Shown here one piece after another: positions 38,911 to 47,839 of a DNA stretch of 64,000 nt. A program made the translations under genes and the position numbers. The stretch is from IMG/VR virus record IMGVR_UViG_3300032308_002775, positions 64,001 through 128,000 of that record. One strand, 5' to 3'. This stretch comes from a virus. The notes beneath the pieces were generated by a model. It ran no database searches and was not told the DNA's origin. It worked only from the letters and a program-made list of their open reading frames with translations. Position 1 is the first letter of the stretch. Each line of letters opens with the position of its first letter.

Positions 38911-41542
38911 GGCGCTGCCTATTTCCTTAGTCCGCCGACACAACCACTTTAAAGCCCTGTCGGCATTGGGCATCCTGCCAGAAAAACCGTTATTTCCAGC
39001 GGTAGTCGACTGTCCTCTCTGCCATCAAGCGGGACTCTACCTGTTCGACGACTTAATGACGGACGGTATCTGGGCGCATTGCGAATCCTGCCGTGCGCAT
39101 GGTGACATTCTAACGTTTGGCGCGCTTGTCTGGAACAACAGCCTGGCCGACGCTATTAACCGGTTTGCCGACCTGGGCGCCGCGGCCCGCGGCGAGGCAG
39201 ACCGGAACGCAGGCGAACACATTCGCTGCTTGGGCCGCTTAAAAACGGCTGAAATGTTCTGGGATACGGCTGCCGGGCAGATCTGGAACCACCACGACGA
39301 CGTTATCGCCTGTCGCCTGCGCGAACTGGGCCTGGACAGTACTGTCGAAGGCTGCGAGGGCCTGATTGGCGTGGCCCATCACGACCAGGTTGCCGAGTTC
39401 TGCAAGGCCGTGGGTCGCGCCACGCCGCCACGAATGCGCGAAAACGGACCGAGTCTGGTCCTGCCTTACTACGATCTACCCGGGCGAATCACGGGCGTCT
39501 TGCTCGTCCAGTACAACGACGAGTTCATGTCGCGGCGGGTTTTCGTACCGCTAACGGGCATCATGCGCCGCAAGGCGGACGCCGGGTATTTTCAGCTGGC
39601 CACGACCCTGCTGCCCAGCCCCAAGGACCTGCGCAACTCGTACTTTGTAACCGATGACCCGTTCTGGGTTATCAAGGCCCAATGCACGCAGCTCAAGGCA
39701 GGACAGCGTCTGTTGCCGCTGGCCGCCAGTTACGCCGGGCCCGAAGCCGTGAGTATCGGACTGAACTGGCAGTCGTTTGCTCCCACGGCGCGGCTGTTTC
39801 ATGCGGCGATGTATACGCCAGAGGTGATTTCCCAGGCCGCCGCTGCCAAGGGTTACGTGTGCATCCTGCCGCCGGAGACCGTGCAGCGGACGCCGCAGCC
39901 CTTGCGCACCCTCCATCGCCTGGCGGCCGTTCGACGCGAGGCGCAGACCTGGCAAACCGCGTTGGAGAAAGCCCTGGCGAACACCAACGAGATGGCCGCC
40001 CAGTCCTTCGTGACCAAACTCACCATCGACCTGAACCGGTTGCAGCACTTCTTTCGCTACCGGCGCCACAAGCTCCCCCAGGACTTCTGCGCCCGGTTGC
40101 TCAGCCAGGTCGAAGACGCGCCCGGTATTCCAGCGAAAGCCCAGCGCCGCGTAATTGTCATCGAGCGCGACGGCTGCTGGTGGACCCATACGAATAATCA
40201 AATCTGCAACGCGCGGCTGCGAATTAACAAAATCGTTTACACCGAGGGCGGCGGGCGGCTGTACGTCGGCACGATCCTGATGGGCGAACAAGAATTCGAA
40301 TTCGCTGACTCGGCCGACAAAATCGAACAGATGGGGTTGCTGGCCTACGCAGCGCAGCATGTGGCAGCCCGCGGCCATCTGCTGATCTACGACCGGCCTT
40401 GGAACTCAAAAAGCCACCAGACGGCGCTGCGTTTCAGCACGCCGGAAATCATCCGGATCACGGGCGTCGCCGGGTGGAACGAGGAAAGCGGGCAGTTCTG
40501 CTTTCGGGATTACTCGATCAGCAATGACGGGACGGTCGTGCCCTGTCTCTACCCGCAAGCCAACAGCGGCGTGCCGAGCTTTCCAGAACCGACCGATGTC
40601 GCCCCCGTAACGATTCACAACCTGCTCACGCCGAGCCACGAGAACGCGCTGTTCTGGTCGACCTTCGCCGCGTTTGCCGCGCAGCTGCTGGCCCCGGTGG
40701 CCGGACGACAACCCGTCGCGACTGCCCTGGTCGGTTCCGCATTCAGCGCCGTTCTGGGTATCGGAGACGCGCTGCAGGGTTTCGTGTTCCGCTCCACGGC
40801 CAGCCAGCGCCAGGCAGCAGCCACAAACCTGATTGCTCACCTCAAGGGCAAACGCTGGCCGGTGCTGGCCCATCACGCGTTCAACGACGCGGAAATGAGC
40901 CGTACCGTGGTGCGCATCCCGGCCGCCGCACTTTTCGTCCGAGCAGCCGAGTGCCCGGCCTGCGTTGCCCCTAGTTATGGCTGGCAGTTCATCCGGGGCA
41001 GCGCCGATACGCTTCCGGACTTTTCAGCCATGCGCTACATTCTGCCCGCCTACATCCAGCGGGCGCTTCAAAACCGCATGGCTGTCGCCTCTCAGCATGA
41101 AAACCTGGCGCGCGCCATCCTGGAAGACCTGGCTGGGTGGCTGAAAGATATCTATGGCGTTACGTTCAATCTGGCCTGCGCGACCAACCGACTGATCACC
41201 CCCGACCGGGCCCACGAGGCCCTGATGGAGGCGGTCAACCTTGGCATCATGGCCGGGAAGATCGATGTCCTGCCCCGCCCCCGTCGAAAGTCGCAGGCCG
41301 GAAACTACGTTTTGAGAAATAAACAGCACTGGTGGTTGAATCAAAAGGCCATAAATCAGTACTGTATTTCTGCTGGCGGAATTAGTCCTAACTGGACAGA
41401 AGTCATTCACCGGCTAACTGCAAACGGCCTGCTCGTTGACGAGCAGAGCGTGCAAGGCATGCCCGGACTTCTGGTCAAGAAAGACTGGTGCGACCAGTTC
41501 TGGTCCGATTACAACCTCACGGATGTGCGCGACATTGGCTAG
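38909..41542 (+). CDS. Primase-helicase-like protein (zinc finger, DnaG-like and DUF927-like parts), catalytic motifs degenerate
   Basis: CPLCH...AHCESCRAHGDIL...LADAINRFA (CHC2-like), LVLPYYDLPGRITG, GWNEESGQFCF. No TOPRIM DxD or Walker A seen. Confidence 0.55.
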   Translation: MALPISLVRRHNHFKALSALGILPEKPLFPAVVDCPLCHQAGLYLFDDLMTDGIWAHCESCRAHGDILTFGALVWNNSLADAINRFADLGAAARGEADRNAGEHIRCLGRLKTAEMFWDTAAGQIWNHHDDVIACRLRELGLDSTVEGCEGLIGVAHHDQVAEFCKAVGRATPPRMRENGPSLVLPYYDLPGRITGVLLVQYNDEFMSRRVFVPLTGIMRRKADAGYFQLATTLLPSPKDLRNSYFVTDDPFWVIKAQCTQLKAGQRLLPLAASYAGPEAVSIGLNWQSFAPTARLFHAAMYTPEVISQAAAAKGYVCILPPETVQRTPQPLRTLHRLAAVRREAQTWQTALEKALANTNEMAAQSFVTKLTIDLNRLQHFFRYRRHKLPQDFCARLLSQVEDAPGIPAKAQRRVIVIERDGCWWTHTNNQICNARLRINKIVYTEGGGRLYVGTILMGEQEFEFADSADKIEQMGLLAYAAQHVAARGHLLIYDRPWNSKSHQTALRFSTPEIIRITGVAGWNEESGQFCFRDYSISNDGTVVPCLYPQANSGVPSFPEPTDVAPVTIHNLLTPSHENALFWSTFAAFAAQLLAPVAGRQPVATALVGSAFSAVLGIGDALQGFVFRSTASQRQAAATNLIAHLKGKRWPVLAHHAFNDAEMSRTVVRIPAAALFVRAAECPACVAPSYGWQFIRGSADTLPDFSAMRYILPAYIQRALQNRMAVASQHENLARAILEDLAGWLKDIYGVTFNLACATNRLITPDRAHEALMEAVNLGIMAGKIDVLPRPRRKSQAGNYVLRNKQHWWLNQKAINQYCISAGGISPNWTEVIHRLTANGLLVDEQSVQGMPGLLVKKDWCDQFWSDYNLTDVRDIG

Positions 41543-41852
41543 GCTTATCAGTTTGTTTGAACAGTTCAACGAGCTGGCAAAACAATACGCCCGCTTCGAC
41601 GACGGCCTTGACGACGATTTTGTCGAAGAGGAGTGGCAGTTTGTCCACGGGTCAGATGACGACGAGGACGAGGACGACGATTTCTTGCGTGCTCCTGCGC
41701 CGAATTACCTCGAGGAAGACGAAGAAGACGAGGAAGACGACGAGGAAGATTACGAAGACGACGAAGATGACCTGGACTGGGACGCCGGAACAGAAGATTA
41801 CGAAGACGACGAGGACAGTGACGACTGGTACGAAGAGGACGAGGAGGACTAA
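41523..41852 (+). CDS. Extremely acidic low-complexity protein
   Basis: C-terminal ~85 aa are mostly D/E with spaced W/Y. Start uncertain. Confidence 0.6.
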   Translation: MCATLARLISLFEQFNELAKQYARFDDGLDDDFVEEEWQFVHGSDDDEDEDDDFLRAPAPNYLEEDEEDEEDDEEDYEDDEDDLDWDAGTEDYEDDEDSDDWYEEDEED

Positions 41853-42304
41853 TTCAGACTTTTCTGCCCTTCGCGCGCTTTAACAAGTGCGCGTATGTGC
41901 TCGATAACAAAAGGCTTTTCAAACAAGCCGTCGAATGCAAGCAGATCCTTCTAGCGCTCGGCGTATCAGTCGGCGCCAATAAGCCAACAGGCAGCAAGGC
42001 CTGGCAGAATCATCCGGCGGTCCGCATGTGGCGCGGACATGAGCTGGCCCTGGCGATCTACTCGGTCCACATGGCGCTGGAATGTCGGCGCCGCGGCTAC
42101 AAAGACGGCCTGCTCGCGGAATTTCTTGAGGTCGTCCGGCAGCTGCGCAAGCCCGACGAGCCCGCGCGCTATCCGCCGTGGATGAAAGACTGGAGTATTA
42201 TGACCAGCCACCGGTCCAACCTCCTGCGCAAGGACAAGGACCACTACACACGGTTCGGCTGGCTCGTGAAGCCGGACCTTCCCTACAAGTGGCCCGTACC
42301 ATGA
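41852..42304 (+). CDS. Pyrimidine dimer DNA glycosylase / endonuclease V-like (MSMEG_6728-like family), ATT start
   Basis: (I/M)QTFLPF...LDNKRLFKQAVECKQIL...HPAVRMWRGHE...SHRSNLLRKD..HY...PYKWP. Confidence 0.8.
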   Translation: MQTFLPFARFNKCAYVLDNKRLFKQAVECKQILLALGVSVGANKPTGSKAWQNHPAVRMWRGHELALAIYSVHMALECRRRGYKDGLLAEFLEVVRQLRKPDEPARYPPWMKDWSIMTSHRSNLLRKDKDHYTRFGWLVKPDLPYKWPVP

Positions 42305-42317
42305 GCGCGAGGTTTGA

Positions 42318-42629
42318 ATGACAGCGCTGCCAAAACGCGCTATTGAAGTTGTAGACTTTACTGATTTTCATGATCGCCTGTCGCATGATTTATACGTCGC
42401 ACTTATTGACACCATCAATCAAAGCGACGTTTCATGGGGCACCAACGCCGACACGCTGATTACGCCCGCTGTTTGCGTCGATTTTCTAGCGCAGACGCTA
42501 GAAGACTTTTTAGACGGGCGCGACGAGGCAAATCGACTTGAGTGGGTAGAAACCATCGACGAAGCTCGCGCGCTGATCCGAGAAGTTGGCGAGTTGCCAG
42601 ACACCGTGTTTATCGCCCTGGGAAGCTGA
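42318..42629 (+). CDS. Hypothetical protein
   Basis: SD GAGG. Acidic, 103 aa. Confidence 0.6.
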   Translation: MTALPKRAIEVVDFTDFHDRLSHDLYVALIDTINQSDVSWGTNADTLITPAVCVDFLAQTLEDFLDGRDEANRLEWVETIDEARALIREVGELPDTVFIALGS

Positions 42630-42630
42630 T

Positions 42631-42963
42631 ATGGAAACCGTTGAGCGCGACGAGTACAGGGTTTCCGCGCGCGTTGTTCTCTGTAAGGGCGACATGTTTC
42701 GCGCTAGCGGCGGCCCCTACTACACTATGCGTGACGAAACTGGCAAACGGATCAAGTCCAGCATGGCCGCAAAAGGCCCGTTCAGATTTATTTCGTATTG
42801 CGAGCGCGGTCGGCGAAAATGGATCGTGGCCTATTCCATCAAAGAAGGCGGCTACGCGACGCTGCCACTGACCAGGTGGAAGACCGTCGACCTACCAAAC
42901 TTCGTAAACCGACCCTACACGATCGTGGGTAAGAAACGCCCGCCAAAGAAAGGGAAGCGATGA
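42631..42963 (+). CDS. Hypothetical basic protein
   Basis: METVERDEYRV..., directly after the previous stop. Confidence 0.6.
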   Translation: METVERDEYRVSARVVLCKGDMFRASGGPYYTMRDETGKRIKSSMAAKGPFRFISYCERGRRKWIVAYSIKEGGYATLPLTRWKTVDLPNFVNRPYTIVGKKRPPKKGKR

Positions 42964-43124
42964 GTCGCACACGCAAGCGCCCCTACACGGGCATAAAAAG
43001 ATTCGACAGCAGTTGCCGCTGTCACGGCAGCTGCAGCTACTGCCGCAACAACCGGCTGCACAGCACGCAACGGCGGCGCAGCTCGGCTGACGAGCAGCTG
43101 CACGCCTACCGTCGCGCGGACTAA
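42960..43124 (+). CDS. Small Cys/His (Zn-binding) basic protein, absent from the ORF track
   Basis: MSRTRKRPYTGIKRFDSSCRCHGSCSYCRNNRLH..., 54 aa, ATGA overlap with the previous gene. Confidence 0.7.
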   Translation: MSRTRKRPYTGIKRFDSSCRCHGSCSYCRNNRLHSTQRRRSSADEQLHAYRRAD

Positions 43125-43134
43125 AGTTAACACC

Positions 43135-43167
43135 CCTCCGTGCGATAAACTTAATATCGTACGGAGG
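43135..43167 (+). promoter_or_regulatory. 13-bp hairpin burying the SD of the GNAT-like gene
   Basis: CCTCCGTGCGATA-AACTTAA-TATCGTACGGAGG. GGAGG is the SD of ATG 43174. Confidence 0.65.
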
Positions 43168-43173
43168 CGCGCT

Positions 43174-43626
43174 ATGAATTTCGAAGTCCGGATCAAAGAT
43201 ATCAATCACCTGGGTCTTACGGACGTGACGGCCATCATGAGCCGCCTGTCGCACCCCAACTCCGGGAGCGCCAGCTCTATCCAGCCAGAGCTGATCAAGC
43301 GCTACGTCAAGCCGGAGCCAGGCCCGCACCCGCCCATGTGGCTGGCGATGGTCTGGCAGAACGGCCTGTTCGTCAGTTGGGTCGGCACCCGGCTGTGGCC
43401 CGAGAAATTCAAGGGCGACCTCGTGATGGCGCAGACGATCGAGTGCTTTACTGATTCGGAATGCCGTCGACACGGGCTTGCCCGGCTGGGGCTCCAGGCG
43501 CTGATCTCCGCAGGTTTGCTCGACCGGAACAAGATTGTCTCGGTCTACGCCGCGGAGGTCGTCAAGATGGCCCAGCAGTGCGGGTGCAAGACGGTTATCC
43601 TCTGCCACGCCGAGGAGGAAACGTGA
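43174..43626 (+). CDS. GNAT-like acetyltransferase
   Basis: IECFTDSECRRHGLARLGL resembles GNAT motif A (R-x-x-G-x-A). Confidence 0.5.
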   Translation: MNFEVRIKDINHLGLTDVTAIMSRLSHPNSGSASSIQPELIKRYVKPEPGPHPPMWLAMVWQNGLFVSWVGTRLWPEKFKGDLVMAQTIECFTDSECRRHGLARLGLQALISAGLLDRNKIVSVYAAEVVKMAQQCGCKTVILCHAEEET

Positions 43627-43868
43627 AACGTTACCACGAAGAACAACACATCGCGGCGCACCGCGTAAAACTTTACAAGCAACTGGGCGGTTATCTCGGC
43701 CCGGCGCACGATAAGTATGTTCCAGACACCGGACGGTTTCGCAAGACGCTTCGATGCGCGGGCTGCGGTCGTGCCCGTTGCCAAGTGTGTCATTCAGAAA
43801 AATTTCCTAAGCGTACGCCTACCCGACAAGAGCAACAGGCGCAGCGCGACTTTACCCAGGAGGACTGA
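43623..43868 (+). CDS. Small Zn-finger-like protein
   Basis: GTG after SD GAGGAGG. CAGCGRARCQVCH. Confidence 0.6.
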   Translation: MKRYHEEQHIAAHRVKLYKQLGGYLGPAHDKYVPDTGRFRKTLRCAGCGRARCQVCHSEKFPKRTPTRQEQQAQRDFTQED

Positions 43869-44581
43869 TGGGCGCGTGCTTTACGAGCACCAAGTTTGAG
43901 GGCAACCTCACCAGCACAGAATTGCGTCGCCAATACGACGCCTATATCACTGATCTCCTGCACGAGCACGGCACCGACGCCTACAACGGCACGCTGACTA
44001 CCACCAGCGGACTGATCATCGAGGACAAAATCTTCGACACAGAGAAGGCGGCCTACGATCACGTCATCAATAACACCCAAAAGTGGCAAGAAGCGCGGGC
44101 CGTAAAGTTTCGCGACATCCAAACCGAGCCCGACAAGCAACCGACTTACAACGGGCAACCGTTGCGTTTCGGCATCGGGCTGCTCGCGGGTGGCGTGACA
44201 CTGCGAAGCGTCACGGGCGTGTTTGTCGACAGCGCACGGCAGCTAATTCCAGCCGACCAGCTCCCCGCGGCGCACAAAGCCAAAGCCGTTGCGCTATACG
44301 CGGACTACGATGAGAAATACGCCGCGTATGGCAGCGTGCGCCAACAGATCGACCAGCTCGTCACTGAGAAGATTCAGAACGTCAAGGCCGAACTGCCGAC
44401 CACGTCCGACTACTCCGAGTTGAAGCGGCTGCTGAAGCAGCGCAAGCGCGCTTATGTCGCCTTGCAGAAGGCCTGCACGAAGATGCAGGAGTTTGATATT
44501 ACACAATCGGCCAAGATCTACAGCACCAAGCAGGTCGACCACGGAACCAAGTGGTTCGTAGGCGGCTGGGCTGCCGAGTGA
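43868..44581 (+). CDS. Hypothetical protein
   Basis: TGATG overlap, SD GGAGG. MGA...HGTDAYNGT N-terminus and WFVGGWAAE C-terminus, as in common phage early proteins. Confidence 0.65.
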   Translation: MGACFTSTKFEGNLTSTELRRQYDAYITDLLHEHGTDAYNGTLTTTSGLIIEDKIFDTEKAAYDHVINNTQKWQEARAVKFRDIQTEPDKQPTYNGQPLRFGIGLLAGGVTLRSVTGVFVDSARQLIPADQLPAAHKAKAVALYADYDEKYAAYGSVRQQIDQLVTEKIQNVKAELPTTSDYSELKRLLKQRKRAYVALQKACTKMQEFDITQSAKIYSTKQVDHGTKWFVGGWAAE

Positions 44582-44609
44582 CCCTAACCACACCAAGAAG
44601 GAGAACCTC

Positions 44610-44921
44610 ATGGACTACGTGAAGCAGATTCAGGACTGCGGCCTCGCCCTGGCGGACGCCGTGAAGATCGAGATGGACCTCGAGAACCGGCGCCACAATT
44701 TCAAGCTGGACGCGATCGGCCGGATCATGAAGTCGGGCGACAACCCGCTCACCAATAAGCCGCACAGCTACAGCTCGGCGGAAGCACTGGTCACGACGGA
44801 CCAGCGTTACGCCGATTACCTGGACGCAATCGCCAACGCCGTGCGCGGGAGGATTATCGCTAAGGCCCAGTACGACGCGGCCCTCGCCGCCGCCCGGCTC
44901 GTGGAAGCAACCGAGGTATGA
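44610..44921 (+). CDS. Hypothetical protein
   Basis: SD AAGGAG. Helical, 103 aa. Confidence 0.7.
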   Translation: MDYVKQIQDCGLALADAVKIEMDLENRRHNFKLDAIGRIMKSGDNPLTNKPHSYSSAEALVTTDQRYADYLDAIANAVRGRIIAKAQYDAALAAARLVEATEV

Positions 44922-45262
44922 TGACTGAAACTAAGCAAGCAGTTGGGTTTGAGGCCGTCAGGGCCGCCATCAAGCATTTTGAATCTATCCAGGTGATGAA
45001 TCGCGCGTATGGTGCCCTCGACACCGAACCTGATGGCGTTTTCCAGCGAATTCTCTGGGACGTGATCAACGACAAGGACACCAGCATCCCCATGAGCGGC
45101 GACGGCTGGGAGCTGTACACCAGCAGCATGGACTGCACCAAGGCGGCCGATGCGTTGCACCTGGCTGCAGTGGCCGCCGTGCAGGCAATCTTTGCCTGCC
45201 GAATTGCCGACCGCCGCAAGGTGCGTGAGTATCTCGAAGACTACTGCTGGCGGTGCAACTAG
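44918..45262 (+). CDS. Hypothetical protein
   Basis: ATGA overlap, SD GAGG. Confidence 0.65.
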   Translation: MMTETKQAVGFEAVRAAIKHFESIQVMNRAYGALDTEPDGVFQRILWDVINDKDTSIPMSGDGWELYTSSMDCTKAADALHLAAVAAVQAIFACRIADRRKVREYLEDYCWRCN

Positions 45263-45279
45263 CCGTGGGCCGCGCAAAC

Positions 45280-45723
45280 ATGAAACAGGCGCGCGAGCAC
45301 GTTAAGGCAGGCAACCGCTTTAGGGGCTCAAACGTCTTTGGTCGAAACCTGCACAACGGATCGTATTGCGTGTGGTCCTACACGGAAGCGTGGCCGCTTT
45401 ATTTGCGCTGGTGCGGCGAATGGTTTGGCAATTCCGGCTGGTATTCGCGTACAACACACCAGCACAAAGTAATACTGTGTCCGGGAGACAAGATCAGCTG
45501 GCTGCCGCGTTCGGTGATGCAGGTGTTCGTGGCGTACTGCGATTCGGCGTCTTGGCACTCAAAAGACACGCCGCTAGATTACGTGCTCGAGACCAGTGGC
45601 TTAATTCCGCCAAGGGCGGTGGTTGCGGTACCGCAGCCGAACATCCCCGAAGTCACGACGCATCTAGCTCGCGCTGAGGTTGACTGGGGCGCGGTTCGCA
45701 GGCGCCGGGTTATGCCGGTTTGA
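45280..45723 (+). CDS. Hypothetical protein with C-terminal AVRRRRVM motif
   Basis: YCVWSY...PLY...GEWFGN..WYSRTTHQH motif. Start may be GTG at 45265. Confidence 0.6.
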   Translation: MKQAREHVKAGNRFRGSNVFGRNLHNGSYCVWSYTEAWPLYLRWCGEWFGNSGWYSRTTHQHKVILCPGDKISWLPRSVMQVFVAYCDSASWHSKDTPLDYVLETSGLIPPRAVVAVPQPNIPEVTTHLARAEVDWGAVRRRRVMPV

Positions 45724-45729
45724 TATCTT

Positions 45730-47655
45730 TCAGAACCCGCTGAAGAACCGGTCGCCCAGGTCGTCGTCGGCCCAGTTGTCCGGGTTCTCGGCGGCTACAG
45801 TCTGCGCGCTGAGCCGTCCGAGCCCGGCTATCTCGGCGAAGTTTGGCAGCGACTGGTTGATGTGCCAGAGCGCGTTCGTGCCGAAGTTTACGCTTTGGGC
45901 AAAGTCGTCCGAGAGCAGCACGTTCCGGGTAATGGTGTAGATGTCGCCCGAGCTGCGGCTCTCGGTCTTGTTTTCGATGAGCGACAAAAAGTCAGCGATC
46001 AGTCCGGGATTGTCCTGCGTGATCCAGTCGTACTGGAAGAACCGGACCTGCTTGAGCTTGATTGCCTGGCAGGTGTACAAGAGCGAGCGCGTCTTATCGA
46101 GCGAGTAATGCGCGCGGTGGTTGAACGCCGTGGGTTCCTTGTAGACCATCAGGTCCTGCGCCGCCGAGCGGCACAGCCGGATGGCCATGACACGGTCGAG
46201 GTTAAACCCTGCCTGGACCATCACTGTTTCGCGCACCGTTCCGGCGCCGGTGTAGTCGTGCGTGACAAAATCGCACTTAAACAACTCCGAGTACTTCATG
46301 CACTCCACGGCCTCGGCCAGGTGCTCGCCGCCCAGCATGATTCGCTTGCCCCACAGCACGTCGATCACGCCATCGGAACGGAAACCCAAGATCGAAATTA
46401 CGGTGAAAGAAACACCCGCCTCACCGCCGCCGCCCCAGTCAATCGCCAAAATCCGGTGCTTGTACTGATCGAGGTTCTTCAAGCACTCAGGGTCCGGCTC
46501 GCGCTTGTTCTCCCACGGGAGCAGGCAGGCGTTGCGCAGGTCGGTTTCCGTCACGAGCTTCTGCCCGGCGTCAATCGATTCGCCGAGCACCTCGTTGTAG
46601 AACTGGGCCTGCGTGTAGTTAAAGCCTTCGCGTTTTTGCAGCAACGTTGCCCACTTGTCGGGATCGGCGTAGTGCAGGGGCAATAAAAGCTGCGGCACGT
46701 GATAACCCGCGAAGTTCCATCGGCGATCCGGATGCCGATGAACCCAGCGGCCGTGCCTTGGATTGATTGGCTTCTGGCACTTGGCGCAGACCGTGGCTGG
46801 CGCCTTCTCGCTGATGTCGTCCCGGTAGGGGCCGATCATCGCGTCAAGGTCGTGCTCGCGAGACGGAATGTTCCAGTGCCTGCACGAGTGGCACGGGATG
46901 AACCACTCGGCTGCCGAACTGCGCTGATATAACCCCTCTAAAGGGTTATCCAGGGTCTTCGGCGTGCCCGTGAAATGGCTCATCGCGAACCGCGAGTACG
47001 ACATTGTCTCCTGGATAATCGGAATGTGGTCGGGGTCCATGTCCTGGACCTCGTCGATGCACATCCGGTCGCTGGACACACCACGCACCCGGTCGGCGTC
47101 GAGCATCGCGTAGCTGAACAGCATCATGCTCTTGTTCTTGAACGAGCGCTGCAGCACGTTGTTGTCGGTTTCGCTGCCGCACCACTGCGCTTTGATGGGA
47201 GACTGCTCGATAAAGCTCCGAACATAGTTGTTGCTGAACCGACGTATCTGTTCAAAGAGCGGTGTTACGTACAACGTTTTGAAGAACGGGATACTATTGG
47301 CTACCACAACACCATGCGCCGCCAACGAAGTGGATTTCGAGAGCTGACGGCCCGTCTTCCAGACCTGGCTCTTAGGCATGAGCACCCTGAACAGGGGCGC
47401 AAAGGGAAAGTGATCGTGGATTGAGTACGGCTTGCCGTTCAGGTTTAACACCAGCGGCAGGATCGGCTCCAGAGACGGAAACGCGCGCTGCTCGGCCAAC
47501 GCCTTGAGCACCTGCGTTCGCTCATTTGCAGACCTCTGGTCGGTGACGTTAATACCGGCCAGTTCTTCCAGCAGCGATCGAACCCCGTTACCGGGCACTT
47601 CATGCGCTGCTAATTCCAGCGGGTTCACCGCCCGCGTATCTATCGATGGTGACAT
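45730..47655 (-). CDS. Terminase large subunit (GpA-like)
   Basis: Walker A-like KTGRQLSKST, Walker B RGVSSDRMCIDEVQD, GTP coupling motif, Zn motif CHSC...CAKC, FYNEVLG, nuclease AIDWG, DDFAQS. Confidence 0.9.
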   Translation of the reverse strand: MSPSIDTRAVNPLELAAHEVPGNGVRSLLEELAGINVTDQRSANERTQVLKALAEQRAFPSLEPILPLVLNLNGKPYSIHDHFPFAPLFRVLMPKSQVWKTGRQLSKSTSLAAHGVVVANSIPFFKTLYVTPLFEQIRRFSNNYVRSFIEQSPIKAQWCGSETDNNVLQRSFKNKSMMLFSYAMLDADRVRGVSSDRMCIDEVQDMDPDHIPIIQETMSYSRFAMSHFTGTPKTLDNPLEGLYQRSSAAEWFIPCHSCRHWNIPSREHDLDAMIGPYRDDISEKAPATVCAKCQKPINPRHGRWVHRHPDRRWNFAGYHVPQLLLPLHYADPDKWATLLQKREGFNYTQAQFYNEVLGESIDAGQKLVTETDLRNACLLPWENKREPDPECLKNLDQYKHRILAIDWGGGGEAGVSFTVISILGFRSDGVIDVLWGKRIMLGGEHLAEAVECMKYSELFKCDFVTHDYTGAGTVRETVMVQAGFNLDRVMAIRLCRSAAQDLMVYKEPTAFNHRAHYSLDKTRSLLYTCQAIKLKQVRFFQYDWITQDNPGLIADFLSLIENKTESRSSGDIYTITRNVLLSDDFAQSVNFGTNALWHINQSLPNFAEIAGLGRLSAQTVAAENPDNWADDDLGDRFFSGF

Positions 47656-47820
47656 ATGCCCAAGTATCCCGAGCATGGTCGTTACGCGCAACCAAGCGCC
47701 GAAGGAGAACTCCAGTGGCTAGAGGACGGGATTCACGTCCTGTTTGAAGTCACGTGGCAAGCAACTGCCACGCTTCTCGGCGCGCTGATTGGCGTCATCA
47801 CCGGCGAAGAGCCGTGGTGA
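47656..47820 (+). CDS. Small hypothetical protein, absent from the ORF track
   Basis: MPKYPEHGRYAQPSAEGELQWLEDGIHVLFEVTWQATATLLGALIGVITGEEPW, 54 aa, hydrophobic C-terminal half. Confidence 0.45.
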   Translation: MPKYPEHGRYAQPSAEGELQWLEDGIHVLFEVTWQATATLLGALIGVITGEEPW

Positions 47821-47839
47821 CGGCATAACGACCGTGAGG

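Noticed and set aside
45730-47655. Intein or intron in the terminase
   Set aside because: The ORF is continuous at ordinary length, with no intein-type splice motifs or endonuclease insert.
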